Positions 29,601 through 43,660 of a stretch of 64,000 nt of DNA are shown here, piece by piece; positions within the stretch are counted from its first letter, which is position 1; each line of letters begins with the position of its first letter. Source of the DNA: Eledone cirrhosa (Eukaryota); assembly GCA_964016885.1 (NCBI GenBank), contig OZ024751.1:806001-870000 (forward strand), in the 5' to 3' direction. Under the pieces are notes generated by a model. That model made no database searches and was not told where the DNA came from. It saw only the letters and a program-made list of their open reading frames with translations. The translations under genes were made by a program, and so were the position numbers.

Positions 29601-32600
29601 TATATAATTGTTGGTATATTAATGTTGGTATATTACTGTTTGTATATTAGTGTTGTTTTAATAATATTGGTATATTAATGTTGGTATATTAGTGTTGTTT
29701 TAATAATATTTGTATATTAATGTTGGTATATTAGTGTTGGTATATTAATGTTGGTATATTAATGTTGGTATATTATTCTTGGTATAATGGTTTGGTATAT
29801 TAATGTCGGTATATTAGTGTTGGTATATTAGTGTTGTTTTAATAATATTGGTATATTAATGTTGGTCTATTAGTGTTGGTATATTAGTGTTGGTATATTA
29901 GTGTTGGTATATTAATGTTGGGATATCAGTGTTGGTATATAAATTTTGGTATATTAGTGTTGGTATATTATTGGTATATTAATGTTGGTATATTAATGTT
30001 GGTATATTAGTGTTGGTATATTAATGTTGGTATATTAATGTTGGTATATTAATGTTGGTATATTAATGTTGGTATATTAGTGTTGGTATATTAATGTTGG
30101 TACATTAGTGTTGGTATATTAATGATGGTATATTATTGCTGGTATATTCGTGTAGGTATAGTAATGTTGGTATATTAGTGTTGGTATAGTAATACTGGTA
30201 TATTAGTGTTGGAATATTAATGATGTTTTAATAATATTGGTATATTAATGTTGGTATATTAGTGTGGTATATTAGTGTTGGTACATTAATGTTGGTATAT
30301 TAACGTTGGTATAATAGTGTTGGTATATTAGTGTTGTTTTAATAATATTAGTATATTAATGTTGGTATATTAATGTTGGCATATTAATATTGGTATATTA
30401 GAGTTGGTATATTAATATTGGTATAATAATGTGGGTATATTAGTGTTGATATATAATTGTTGGTATATTAATGTTGGTATATTAGTGTTGGTATATTAGT
30501 GTTGTTTTAATAATATATGTATATTAATGTTGGTATATTAGTGTTGGTATATTAATTTGGGTATATTAGTGTTGGTATATTAATATTGGTATATTAATGT
30601 CGATATATTAGTGTTGGTATATATGTGTTGTTTTAATAATATTGGTATATTAGTGTTGGTATATTAATGTTGGTATATTAGTGTTGGTATATTAATGTTG
30701 TTAGATTAGTGTCCGTATATAGTGATGGTATATTAATGTTCGTATATTACTGTTGGTATATTGTTGCTATATTATTGTTGGTATATTAGTGTTGCTATAT
30801 TAATGTTGGTATATTAATGTTGGTATATTAATGTTGCTATATTAATTTTGCTATATTAATGTTGGTATATTAGTGTTAGTATATTAACGTTGGTATATTT
30901 ATATTGGTATATTCGTGTTGGTATATTAATGTTGGTATATTAATGTTGGTATATTAATGCTGGTATATTAGTGTTGGTATATTAATGTTGGTATATTAGT
31001 GTTGTTTTAATAATATTGGTATATTAATGTTGGTATATTAGTGTTGGTATATTAATGTTGGTATATTAGTGTTGGTATAATAGTGTTGGTATATTAATGT
31101 TGGTATATTAATGTTGTTATATTAGTGTTTATATATAATTGTTGGTATATTAATGTTGGTATATTACTGTTTGTATATTAGTGTTGTTTTAATAATATTG
31201 GTATATTAATGTTGGTATATTAATATTAGTATGTTAGTGTTGGTATATTAATGTTGGTATATTAGTGTTGTTTTAATAATATTTGTATATTAATGTTGGT
31301 ATATTAGTGTTGGTATATTAATGTTGGTATATTAATGTTGGTATATTATTCTTGGTATAATAGTTTGGTATATTAATGTCGGTATATTAGTGTTGGTATA
31401 TTAGTGTTGTTTTAACAATATTGGTATATTAATGTTGGTCTATTAGTGTTGGTATATTAGTGTTGGTATATTAGTGTTGGTATATTAGCGTTGGTATATT
31501 AATATTCGTATATTAGTGTTGGTATATTAGTGTTGGTATATTAGTGTTGGATATTAATGTAGGTATATTAGTGTTGGTATATTAGTGTTGGTATATTAAT
31601 ATTAGTATGTTAGTGTTGGTATATTAATGTTGGTATATTAGTGTTGTTTTAATAATATTTGTATATTAATGTTGGTATATTAGTGTTGGTATATTAATGT
31701 TGCTATATTAGTGTTGGTATGTTAGTGTTGGTATATTAGTGTTGCTATATTAGTGTTGGTATATTAATATTGGTATATTAGTGTTGGTATATTAGTGTTG
31801 GTATATTACTGTTGGTATATTAATGTTATATTAATGTTGGTATATTACTGTTGGTATATTAATGTTGGTATATTAGTGTTGGTATATTAATGTTGGTATA
31901 TTAATGTTGTTATATTAGTGTTGGTATATTAATGTTGGTATATTAGTGTTGGTATATTAGTGTTGTTTTAATAATGTTGGTATATTAGGGTTGGTATATT
32001 ACTGTTGGTATATTAATGTTATATTAATGTTGGTATATTACTGTTGGTATATTAGTTTTGGTATATTAATGTTGGTATATTAGTGTTGGTATATTAATGT
32101 TGGTGTATTAGTGTTGGTATATTAATGTGGGTATATTAGTGTTGGTATATTAATGTTGGTATATTAGTGTTGGTATATTAGAGTTGGTATATTAGTGTTG
32201 GTGTATTAATGTTGCTATATTAGTGTAGGTATATTAATGTTGGTATATTAGTGTCGGTATATTAATGTTGGTATATAAATGTTGTTATATTAGTGTTGGT
32301 ATATAAATGTTGGTATATTAGTGTTGGTATATTACTGTTGGTATATTAGTGTTGGTATATTAGTGTTGGTATTTTAGTGTTGCTATATTAGTGTTGCTAT
32401 ATTAGTGTTGGTATATTAGTGTTGGTATATTAGTGTTGGTATATTAGTGTTGCTATATTAATGTTGGTATATTAGTTTTGGTGTATTAATGTTGGTATAT
32501 TAGTGTTGGTATATTAATGTTCGTATATTAATGTTGTTATATTAGTGTTGGTATATTAATGTTGGTATATTAGTGTTGGTATATTAGTGTTGGTATATTA

Positions 32601-33530
32601 GTGTTGTTTTAATAATATTGGTATATTAATGTTGGTATATTAATATTAGCATACTAATGTTGGTATATTAGTGTTGGTATATCAGTGTTGGTATATTAAT
32701 GTGGGTATATTAGTGTTGGTATATTAATGTGGGTATATTAGTGTTGGTATGTTAATGTTGGTATATTAGTGTTGGTATATTAGAGTTGGTATATTAGTGT
32801 TGGTATATTAATGTTGCTATATTAGTGTAGGTATATTAATGTTGGTATATTAGTGTCGGTATATTAATGTTGGTATATAAATGTTGTTATATTAGTGTTG
32901 GTATATAAATGTTGGTATATTAGTGTTGGTATATTACTGTTGGTATATTAGTGTTGTTTTAATAATATTGGTATATTAATGTTGCTATATTAGTGTTGCT
33001 ATATTAATGTTAGTATATTATTGTTGGTATATTAAGGTTGGTATATTAATGTTGATATATTAATGTTGCTATATTAATGTTGGAATATTGTTGGTATATT
33101 AATGTTGGTATATTAATGGTAGGTATATTAGTGTTGGTATATTATTGTTGGTATATTAGTGTTGGTATATTAATGTTGGTATGTTAGTGTTGGTATATAA
33201 ATTTTGGTATATTAGTGTTGGTATATTATTGGTATATTAATGTTTGTATATTAATGTTGGTATATTAGTGTTGGTATATTAATGTTGGTATATTAATGTT
33301 GGTATATTAGTGTTGGTATATTAGTGTTGGTATATTAGTGTTGGTATATTTATGTTGCTATATTAGTGTTATATATTAATGTTGGTACATTAGTGTTGGT
33401 ATATTAATGATGGTATATTATTGTTGGTATATTCGTGTTGGTATAGTAATGTTGGTATATTAGTGTTGGTATATTAATACTGGTATATTAGTGTTGGAAT
33501 ATTAGTGATGTTTTATTAATATTGGTATAT
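20700..33530. repeat. ~5.35-kb tandem duplication; left copy (~20700-28165) carries the extra 2113-bp duplication, right copy is ~28165-33530
   Basis: GTCCGTA at 25352 and 30711 (offset 5359). ATTCGTCTTG at 24122 and 29467 (offset 5345). The right copy begins with AATGTGGATATATT...ATGTGTTGTTTT, matching ~20717. Confidence 0.88.
20770..24995. repeat. 2113-bp tandem duplication (~20770-22880 / ~22880-24995)
   Basis: The first C of ATTCGTCTTGTTTT at 22009 and 24122. GTTGTAATAAT, TATAATGGTTTGG and TAGTGTGGTAT are also repeated at this offset. Confidence 0.9.
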
Positions 33531-36504
33531 TAATGTTGGTATATTAGTGTTGGTATATTAGTATTGGTATATTAATGTTGGTATATTAATGTTGGTATAT
33601 TAGAGTTGGTATATTAGGGTTGGTATAGGAGTGTAGGTATATTAGTGTTAGTATATTAATGTGGGTATATTAGTGTTGATATATAATTGTTGTATATTAA
33701 TGTTGATATATTAGTGTTGGTATATTAGTGTTGTTTTAATAATATATGTATATTAATGTTGGTATATTAGTGTTGGTATATTAATTTGGGTATATTAGTG
33801 TTGGTATATTAATATTGGTATATAAATGTGGGTATATTAGTGTTGGTATATATGTGTTGTTTTAATAATATTGGTATATTAGTGTTGGTATATTAATGTT
33901 GGTATATTAGTGTTGGTATATTAATGTTGTTAGATTAGTGTCGGTATATTAGTGATGGTATATTAATGTTCGTATATTACTGTTGGTATATTGTTGCTAT
34001 ATTATTGTTGGTATATTAGTGTTGCTATATTAATGTTGGTATATTAATGTTGGTATATTAATGTTGCTATATTAATTTTGCTATATTAATGTTGGTATAT
34101 TAGTGTTAGTATATTAACGTTGGTATATTTATATTGGTATATTCGTGTTGGTATATTAATGTTGGTATATTAATGCTGGTATATTAGTGTTGGTATATTA
34201 ATGTTGGTATATTAGTGTTGTTTTAATAACATTGGTATATTAATGTTGGTATATTAGTGTTGGTATATTAATGTTGGTATATTAGTGTTGGTATAATAGT
34301 GTTGGTATATTAATGTTGGTATATTAATGTTGTTATATTAGTGTTGATATATTAATGTTGGTATATTAGTGTTGGTATATTAGTGTTGTTTTAATAATGT
34401 TGGTATATTAGTGTTGGTATATTACTGTTGGTATATTAATGTTATATTAATGTTGGTTTATTACTGTTGGTATATTAATTTTGGTATATTAATGTTGGTA
34501 TATTAGTGTTGGTATATTAATGTTGGTATATTAGTGTTGGTATATTAGTGTTGGTATATTACTGTTGGTATATTAATGTTATATTAATGTTGGTATATTA
34601 CTGTTGGTATATTAGTTTTGGTAAATTAATGTTGGTATATTAGTGTTGGTATATTAATGTTGGTATATTAATGTTGGTATATTAGTGTTGGTATATTAAT
34701 GTTGGTATATTAGTGTTGGTATATTCGTGTTGGTATAGTAATGTTGGTATATTAGTGTTGGTATATTAATACTGGTATATTAGTGTTGGAATATTAGTGT
34801 TGTTTTAATAATATTGGTATATTAATGTTGGTATATTAGTGTTGTTTTAATAATATTGGTATATTAAAGTTGGTATATTAATGTTGGTATATTAGTGTTT
34901 ATATATTAGTGTTGGTATATTAGTGTATTTTAATAATATTGGCATATTAATGTTGGTATATTAATGTTGGCATATTAATGTTGGTATATTAGTGTTGGTA
35001 TATTAGTGTAGGTATATTAATGTTGGTATACTAGTGTTGGTATATTAATGTGGGTATATTAATGTTGGTATATTAGTGTTGGTATATTAGTGTTGGTATA
35101 TTAGTGTTGGTATATTAGTCTTGTTTTAATAATATTGGTATATTACTGTTGGTATATTAGTGTTGGTATATTAATGTTGGTATATTAGTGTTGATATATT
35201 AGTGTTGTTTTAATAATATTGGTATATTAATGTTGTTATATTAGTGTTTATATATAATTGTTGGTATATTAATGTTGGTATATTACTGTTTGTATATTAG
35301 TGTTGTTTTAATAATATTGGTATATTAATGTTGCTATATTAGTGTTGGTATATTAATGTTGGTATATTAATGTTGGTATATTATTCTTGGTATAATAGTT
35401 TGGTATATTAATGTCGGTATATTAGTGTTGGTATATTAGTGTTGTTTTAACAATATTGGTATATTAATGTTGGTCTATTAGTGTTGGTATATTAGTGTTG
35501 GTATATTAGTGTTGGTATATTAGTGTTGTTTTAATAATATTGGTATATTAATGTTGGTATATTAATGTTGGCATATTAGTGTTGGTATATTATTGTTGGT
35601 ATATTAATGTTGGTATATTAGTGTTGGTATATTAGTGTTGGTATATTAATGTTGCTATATTAGTGTTGGTATGTTAGTGTTGGTATATTAGTGTTGGTAT
35701 ATTAGTGTTGGTATATTAGTGTTGGTATATTAATATTGGTATATTAGTGTTGGTATGTTAGTGTTGGTATATTACTGTTGGTATATTAATGTTATATTAA
35801 TGTTGGTATATTACTGTTGGTATATAAAGTTTTGGTATATTAATGTTGGTATATTAATGTTGGTATATTAATGTTGGTATATTAATGTTGTTATATTAGT
35901 GTTGGTATATTAATGTTGGTATATTAGTGTTGGTATATTAGTGTTGTTTTAATAACGTTGGTATATTAGGGTTGGTATATTACTGTTGGTATATTAATGT
36001 TATATTAATGTTGGTATATTACTGTTGGTATATTAGTTTTGGTATATTAATGTTGGTATATTAGTGTTGGTATATTAATGTGGGTATATTAGTGTTGGTA
36101 TATTAATGTTGGTATATTAGTGTTGGTATATTAGAGTTGGTATATTAGTGTTGGTATATTAATGTTGCTATATTAGTGTTGGTATATTAGTGTTGGTATA
36201 TTAGTGTTGGTATTTTAGTGTTGCTATATTAGTGTTGCTATATTAGTGTTGTTTTAATAATATTGGTATATTAATGTTGGTATATTAATATTAGCATACT
36301 AATATTGGTATATTAGTGTTGGTATATCAGTGTTGGTATATTAATGTGGGTATATTAGTGTTGGTATATTAATGTGGGTATATTAGTGTTGATATGTTAA
36401 TGTTGGTATATTAGTGTTGGTATATTAGAGTTGGTATATTAGTGTTGGTATATTAATGTTGCTATATTAGTGTAGGTATATTAATGTTGGTATATTAGTG
36501 TCTG

Positions 36505-39500
36505 TATATTAATGTTGGTATATTAGTGTTGGTATATTAATGTTGTTAGATTAGTGTCGGTATATTAGTGATGGTATATTAATGTTCGTATATTACTGTT
36601 GGTATATTGTTGCTATATTAGTGTTGGTATGTTAGTGTTGGTATATTAGTATTGGTATATTAGTGTTGTTATAATAGTGTTGGTATATAAATGTTGGTAT
36701 ATTAGTGTTGGTATATTACTGTTGGTATATTAGTGTTGTTTTAATAATATTGGTATATTAATGTTGCTATATTAGTGTTGCTATATTAATGTTAGTATAT
36801 TATTGTTGGTATATTAAGGTTGGTATATTAACGTTGATATATTAATGTTACTATATTAATGTTGGAATATTGTTGGTATATTAATGTTGGTATATTAATG
36901 GTCGGTATATTAGTGTTGGTATATTATTGTTGGTATATTAGTGTCGGTATATTAATGTTGGTATGTTAGTGTTGGTATATAAATTTTGGTATATTAGTGT
37001 TGGTATATTATTGGTATATTAATGTTTGTATATTAATGTTGGTATATTAGTGTTGGTATATTAATGTTGGTATATTAATGTTGGTATATTAGTGTTGGTA
37101 TATTAGTGTTGGTATATTAATGTTGGTATATTTATATTGCTATATTAGTGTTGGTATATTAGTGTTGGTATATTTATGTTGCAATATTAGTGTTATATAT
37201 TAATGTTGGTACATTAGTGTTGGTATATTAATGATGGTATATTATTGTTGGTATATTCGTGTTGGTATAGTAATGTTGGGATATTAGTTTTGGTATATTA
37301 ATACTGGTATATTAGTGTTGGAATATTAGTGATGTTTTAATAATATTGGTATATTAGAGTTGGTATAGGAGTGTAGGTATATTAGTGTTGGTATATTAAT
37401 GTGGGTATATTAGTGTTGATATATAATTGTTGGTATATTAATGTTGGTATATTAGTGTTGGTATATTAATTTGGGTATATTAGTGTTGGTATATTAATAT
37501 TGGTATATTAATGTGGGTATATTAGTGTTGGTATATATGTGTTGTTTTAATAATATTGGTATATTAGTGTTGGTATATTAATGTTGGTATATTAGTGTTG
37601 GTATATTAATGTTGTTAGATTAGTGTCGGTATATTAGTGATGGTATATTAATGTTCGTATATTACTGTTGGTATATTGTTGCTATATTAGTGTTGGTATG
37701 TTAGTGTTGGTATATTAGTGTTGCTATATTTATGTTGGTATATTAATGTTGGTATATTAATGTTGCTATATTAATTTTGCTATATTAATGTTGGTATATT
37801 AGTGTTGGTATATTAACGTTGGTATATTTATATTGTTATATTCGTGTTGGTATATTAATGTTGGTATATTAATGTTGGTATATTAATGCTGGTATATAAG
37901 TGTTGGTATATTAATGTTGGTATATTAGTGTTGTTTTAATAATATTGGTATATTAATGTTGGTATATTAGTGTTGGTATATTAATGTTGGTATATTAGTG
38001 TTGGTATAATAGTGTTGGTATATTAATGTTGGTATATTAGTGTTGTTTTAATAATATTGGTATATGAATGTTGGTATATTAGTGTTGGCATATTAATGTT
38101 GGTATACTAATGCTGGTATAATAGTGTTGGTATATTAAAGTTAGTATATTAATGTTGGTATATTAGTGTTGATATAACAATGCTGCTATATTAGTGTTGT
38201 TTTAATAATATTGGTATATTAATGTTGGTATATTAATTTGCTATATTAGTGTTGGTATATTAATGTTGGTATATTAGTGTTGGTAGATAAATGTTGGTAT
38301 ATTAATGTTGGTATATTAGTGTTGGTATATTAATGTTGGTATATTAATGTTGGTATATTAATGTTGGTATAATAGTGTTGGTATATAACTGTTGTTTTAA
38401 TAATATTGGTATAGTAATGTTGGTATATTAATGTTGGCATATTAATGTTGGTATATTAGTGTTGGTATATTAGGGTTGGTATATTAATGTTGGTATATTA
38501 GTGTTGGTATATTAACGTGGGTATATTAGTGTTGGTATATTAATGTTGGTATATTAATGTTGGTATATTAGCGTTGGTATATTAGTGTTGGTATATTAAT
38601 GTTGGTATATTAGTGTTGGTATATTAGTGTTGTTTTAATAATATTGGTATATTAATGTTGGTCTATTAGTGTTGGTATATTAATGTTGGTATATTAGTGT
38701 TGGTATATTAGTGTTGTTTTAATAATATTGGTATATTAATGTTGGGATATTAATGTAGGTATATTAGTGTTGGTATATTAGTGTTGGTATACTAGTGTTG
38801 GTATATTAATGTTGCTATATTAGTGTTGGTATGTTAGTGTTGGTATATTAGTGTTGGTATATTAGTGTTGATATATTAATGTTGCTATATTAGTGTTGCT
38901 ATATTAATATTGGTATATTAGTGTTGGTATATTAGTGTTGGTATATTACTGTTGGTATATTAATGTTATATTAATGTTGGTATATCACTGTTGGTATATT
39001 AGTTTTGGTATATTAATGTTGGTATATTAGTGTTGGTATATTAATGTTGGTATATTAGTGTTGGTATATTAGTGTTGGTATATTACTGTTGGTATATTAA
39101 TGTTATATTAATGTTGGTATATCACTGTTGGTATATTTGTTTTGGTCAATTAATGTTGGTATATTAGTGTTGGTATATTAATGTTGGTATATTAACGTTG
39201 GTATATTAGTGTTGGTATATTAATGTTGGTATATTAGTGTTGGTATATTCGTGTTGGTATAGTAATGTTGGTATATTAGTGTTGGTATTTTAATACTGGT
39301 ATATTAGTGTAGGTATATTCGTGTTGGTATAGTAATGTCGGTATATTAGTGTTGGTATATTAGTGTTGTTTTAATAATATTGGTATATTAATGTTGGTCT
39401 ATTAGTGTTGGTATATTAATGTTGGTATATTTGTGTTGGTATATTAGTGTTCTTTTAATAATATTGGTATATTAGTGTTGGTATATTAGTGTTGGTATAT

Positions 39501-42500
39501 TAATTTTGGTATATTAATGTTTGTATATTAGTGTTGTTTTAATAATATTGGGGTACTGATTTTGGTATATTAATGTTGCTGTATTAGTGTTGCTATATTA
39601 TTGTTGGTATATTAATGTTGGTATATTAGTGTTGGTATATTAGTGTTGGTATATTATTGTCGGTATATTAATGTTGGTATAGTAGTGTTGGTATATTAAT
39701 GTTTGTATATTAGTGTTGTTTTAATAATATTGGTGTATTGATTTTGGTATATTAATGTTGCTATATTATTGTTGCTATATTATTGTTAGTGTATTAATAT
39801 TGGCATATTAATGTTGGTATATTAGTGTTGGTATATTAATGTTGGTATATTAATGTTGTTTTAATAATATTGGTATATTAATGTTAGTGTATTAGTGTTG
39901 GTATATTAATGTTGGTATATTATTGTTGGTATAATAGTTTGGTATATTAATGTCGGTATATTAATGTTGGTATATTAGTGTTGGTATATTAATGTTTGTA
40001 TATTAATGTTGGTATATTAATGTTGGTATATTAATGTTGGTATATTAATGTTGGTATATTAGTGTTGGTATATTAATGTTGTTAGATTAGTGTCGGTATA
40101 TTAGTGATGGTATATTAATGTTCGTATATTACTGTTGGTATATTGTTGCTATATTAGTGTTGGTATGTTAGTGTTGGTATATTAGTATTGGTATATTAGT
40201 GTTGTTATAATAGTGTTGGTATATAAATGTTGGTATATTAGTGTTGGTATATTACTGTTGGTATATTAGTGTTGTTTTAATAATATTGGTATATTAATGT
40301 TGCTATATTAGTGTTGCTATATTAATGTTAGTATATTATTGTTGGTATATTAAGGTTGGTATATTAACGTTGATATATTAATGTTACTATATTAATGTTG
40401 GAATATTGTTGGTATATTAATGTTGGTATATTAATGGTCGGTATATTAGTGTTGGTATATTATTGTTGGTATATTAGTGTCGGTATATTAATGTTGGTAT
40501 GTTAGTGTTGGTATATAAATTTTGGTATATTAGTGTTGGTATATTATTGGTATATTAATGTTTGTATATTAATGTTGGTATATTAGTGTTGGTATATTAA
40601 TGTTGGTATATTAATGTTGGTATATTAGTGTTGGTATATTAGTGTTGGTATATTAATGTTGGTATATTTATATTGCTATATTAGTGTTGGTATATTAGTG
40701 TTGGTATATTTATGTTGCAATATTAGTGTTATATATTAATGTTGGTACATTAGTGTTGGTATATTAATGATGGTATATTATTGTTGGTATATTCGTGTTG
40801 GTATAGTAATGTTGGTATATTAGTTTTGGTATATTAATACTGGTATATTAGTGTTGGAATATTAGTGATGTTTTAATAATATTGGTATATTAGAGTTGGT
40901 ATAGGAGTGTAGGTATATTAGTGTTGGTATATTAATGTGGGTATATTAGTGTTGATATATAATTGTTGGTATATTAATGGTGGTATATTAGTGTTGGTAT
41001 ATTAATTTGGGTATATTAGTGTTGGTATATTAATATTGGTATATTAATGTGGGTATATTAGTGTTGGTATATATGTGTTGTTTTAATAATATTGGTATAT
41101 TAGTGTTGGTATATTAATGTTGGTATATTAGTGTTGGTATATTAATGTTGTTAGATTAGTGTCGGTATATTAGTGATGGTATATTAATGTTCGTATATTA
41201 CTGTTGGTATATTGTTGCTATATTAGTGTTGGTATGTTAGTGTTGGTATATTAGTGTTGCTATATTTATGTTGGTATATTAATGTTGGTATATTAATGTT
41301 GCTATATTAATTTTGCTATATTAATGTTGGTATATTAGTGTTGGTATATTAACGTTGGTATATTTATATTGTTATATTCGTGTTGGTATATTAATGTTGG
41401 TATATTAATGTTGGTATATTAATGCTGGTATATAAGTGTTGGTATATTAATGTTGGTATATTAGTGTTGTTTTAATAATATTGGTATATTAATGTTGGTA
41501 TATTAGTGTTGGTATATTAATGTTGGTATATTAGTGTTGGTATAATAGTGTTGGTATATTAATGTTGGTATATTAGTGTTGTTTTAATAATATTGGTATA
41601 TGAATGTTGGTATATTAGTGTTGGCATATTAATGTTGGTATACTAATGCTGGTATAATAGTGTTGGTATATTAAAGTTAGTATATTAATGTTGGTATATT
41701 AGTGTTGATATAACAATGCTGCTATATTAGTGTTGTTTTAATAATATTGGTATATTAATGTTGGTATATTAATTTGCTATATTAGTGTTGGTATATTAAT
41801 GTTGGTAGATTAGTGTTGGTAGATAAATGTTGGTATATTAATGTTGGTATATTAGTGTTGGTATATTAATGTTGGTATATTAATGTTGGTATATTAATGT
41901 TGGTATAATAGTGTTGGTATATAACTGTTGTTTTAATAATATTGGTATAGTAATGTTGGTATATTAATGTTGGCATATTAATGTTGGTATATTAGTGTTG
42001 GTATATTAGGGTTGGTATATTAATGTTGGTATATTAGTGTTGGTATATTAACGTGGGTATATTAGTGTTGGTATATTAATGTTGGTATATTAATGTTGGT
42101 ATATTAGCGTTGGTATATTAGTGTTGGTATATTAATGTTGGTATATTAGTGTTGGTATATTAGTGTTGTTTTAATAATATTGGTATATTAATGTTGGTCT
42201 ATTAGTGTTGGTATATTAATGTTGGTATATTAGTGTTGGTATATTAGTGTTGTTTTAATAATATTGGTATATTAATGTTGGTATATTAATGTTGGCATAT
42301 TAGTGTTGGTATATTAGTGTTGCTATATTAATGTTGGTATATTAGTGTTGGGATATTAATGTAGGTATATTAGTGTTGGTATATTAGTGTTGGTATACTA
42401 GTGTTGGTATATTAATGTTGCTATATTAGTGTTGGTATGTTAGTGTTGGTATATTAGTGTTGGTATATTAGTGTTGATATATTAATGTTGCTATATTAGT

Positions 42501-43660
42501 GTTGCTATATTAATATTGGTATATTAGTGTTGGTATATTAGTGTTGGTATATTACTGTTGGTATATTAATGTTATATTAATGTTGGTATATCACTGTTGG
42601 TATATTAGTTTTGGTATATTAATGTTGGTATATTAGTGTTGGTATATTAATGTTGGTATATTAGTGTTGGTATATTAGTGTTGGTATATTACTGTTGGTA
42701 TATTAATGTTATATTAATGTTGGTATATCACTGTTGGTATATTTGTTTTGGTCAATTAATGTTGGTATATTAGTGTTGGTATATTAATGTTGGTATATTA
42801 ACGTTGGTATATTAGTGTTGGTATATTAATGTTGGTATATTAGTGTTGGTATTTTCGTGTTGGTATAGTAATGTTGGTATATTAGTGTTGGTATTTTAAT
42901 ACTGGTATATTAGTGTAGGTATATTCGTGTTGGTATAGTAATGTCGGTATATTAGTGTTGGTATATTAGTGTTGTTTTAATAATATTGGTATATTAATGT
43001 TGGTCTATTAGTGTTGGTATATTAATGTTGGTATATTTGTGTTGGTATATTAGTGTTCTTTTAATAATATTGGTATATTAGTGTTGGTATATTAGTGTTG
43101 GTATATTAATTTTGGTATATTAATGTTTGTATATTAGTGTTGTTTTAATAATATTGGGGTACTGATTTTGGTATATTAATGTTGCTGTATTAGTGTTGCT
43201 ATATTATTGTTGGTATATTAATGTTGGTATATTAGTGTTGGTATATTAGTGTTGGTATATTATTGTCGGTATATTAATGTTGGTATAGTAGTGTTGGTAT
43301 ATTAATGTTTGTATATTAGTGTTGTTTTAATAATATTGGTGTATTGATTTTGGTATATTAATGTTGCTATATTATTGTTGCTATATTATTGTTAGTGTAT
43401 TAATATTGGCATATTAATGTTGGTATATTAGTGTTGGTATATTAATGTTGGTATATTAATGTTGTTTTAATAATATTGGTATATTAATGTTAGTGTATTA
43501 GTGTTGGTATATTAATGTTGGTATATTATTGTTGGTATAATAGTTTGGTATATTAATGTCGGTATATTAATGTTGGTATATTAGTGTTGGTATATTAATG
43601 TTTGTATATTAATGTTGGTATATTAATGTTGGTATATTAATGTTGGTATATTAATGTTGG
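36505..43660. repeat. ~3.55-kb tandem duplication (~36505-40040 / ~40041-43660)
   Basis: TAACAATGCTGCT at 38175 and 41711 (offset 3536). GGTCAATT at 39144 and 42750, and GGGGTACTGAT at 39550 and 43156 (offset 3606). Copy 2 has 70 bp (5 monomers) extra near 42280-42350. Confidence 0.92.
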
